A DNA stretch of 64,000 nt, taken from Mosigvirus mar005p1. Below the pieces are notes generated by a model. That model ran no database searches and was not told where the DNA came from. It worked only from the letters and a program-made list of their open reading frames with translations. Positions 63,715 through 64,000 of this stretch are shown one piece after another. How positions within the stretch are numbered: position 1 is the stretch's first letter; each line of letters begins with the position of its first letter. Where the stretch lies: the sequence record OZ035759.1; one strand, written 5' to 3'. A program made the position numbers and the translations under genes.

Positions 63715-64000
63715 TTAATTTTTCCAACTTAACAACTTGTAGTGTCCTTCATTCATACGTGGTTTATCCCAAGAAATACTAATATATGATTCGCTGTCAA
63801 TAGAAGTCGCCGGGTTTTTCTCTACCGTAAGACCTTCACTTTCCAGCCATTCAATAGTATTTGCGCATAAATCGGAAGAACACCTCATCGGGAACCGGCA
63901 AGATTTTTCACCTTTAGCCGCAGTGTTATACATCTTTTCTAAAATACGCTTTTGCACGTTTTTAAAAATAGTTTCAGCAGATTCTTCAGATTTTTTATTC
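63715..64000 (-). CDS. hypothetical protein; reading frame stays open to the window end, so the true start may lie beyond it
   Basis: Track ORF 63715..63957 begins at GTG; in-frame codons continue without a stop to position 64000. Confidence 0.4.
   Translation of the reverse strand, partial: NKKSEESAETIFKNVQKRILEKMYNTAAKGEKSCRFPMRCSSDLCANTIEWLESEGLTVEKNPATSIDSESYISISWDKPRMNEGHYKLLSWKN

Overview
This window is a contiguous early/middle-gene region of a T4-like (Tevenvirinae) phage genome, with almost every gene on the minus strand in the T4 order dexA-dda-modA-modB-soc-56-61-sp-dmd-41-40-uvsX-42-43-regA-62-44-45-rpbA-46-47-55-nrdG-nrdD-49-nrdC-tk-regB-denV-internal proteins-e-nudE. The 903-aa DNA polymerase matches, from memory, the phage RB69 gp43 sequence, so this is RB69 or a very close relative (recall-based, not searched). 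The most notable feature is that no alpha- or beta-glucosyltransferase is present; the uvsX-43 interval instead carries a nucleotide-sugar pathway block (SIS isomerase, HAD phosphatase, nucleotidyltransferase-kinase fusion, P-loop kinase, dCMP-hydroxymethylase homologue, two unassigned proteins), consistent with arabinosyl-hmC-type DNA hypermodification. Other notable content: a plus-strand HNH homing-endonuclease gene, four internal-protein genes with capsid-targeting leaders, two small paralogue families with conserved C-terminal motifs, an accessory island (AAA ATPase, Gly-rich secreted peptide, nucleotidyltransferase-fold protein, membrane protein), a macro-domain protein, and a host-like GrcA glycyl-radical cofactor. 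Intergenic regions carry a repeated T4-type early promoter cassette and UUCG-tetraloop hairpins; no rRNA, tRNA or CRISPR array was found. CDS coordinates follow the supplied ORF track (some starts moved to an internal Met/GTG); promoter and terminator coordinates were counted by hand and may be off by 1-2 nt.
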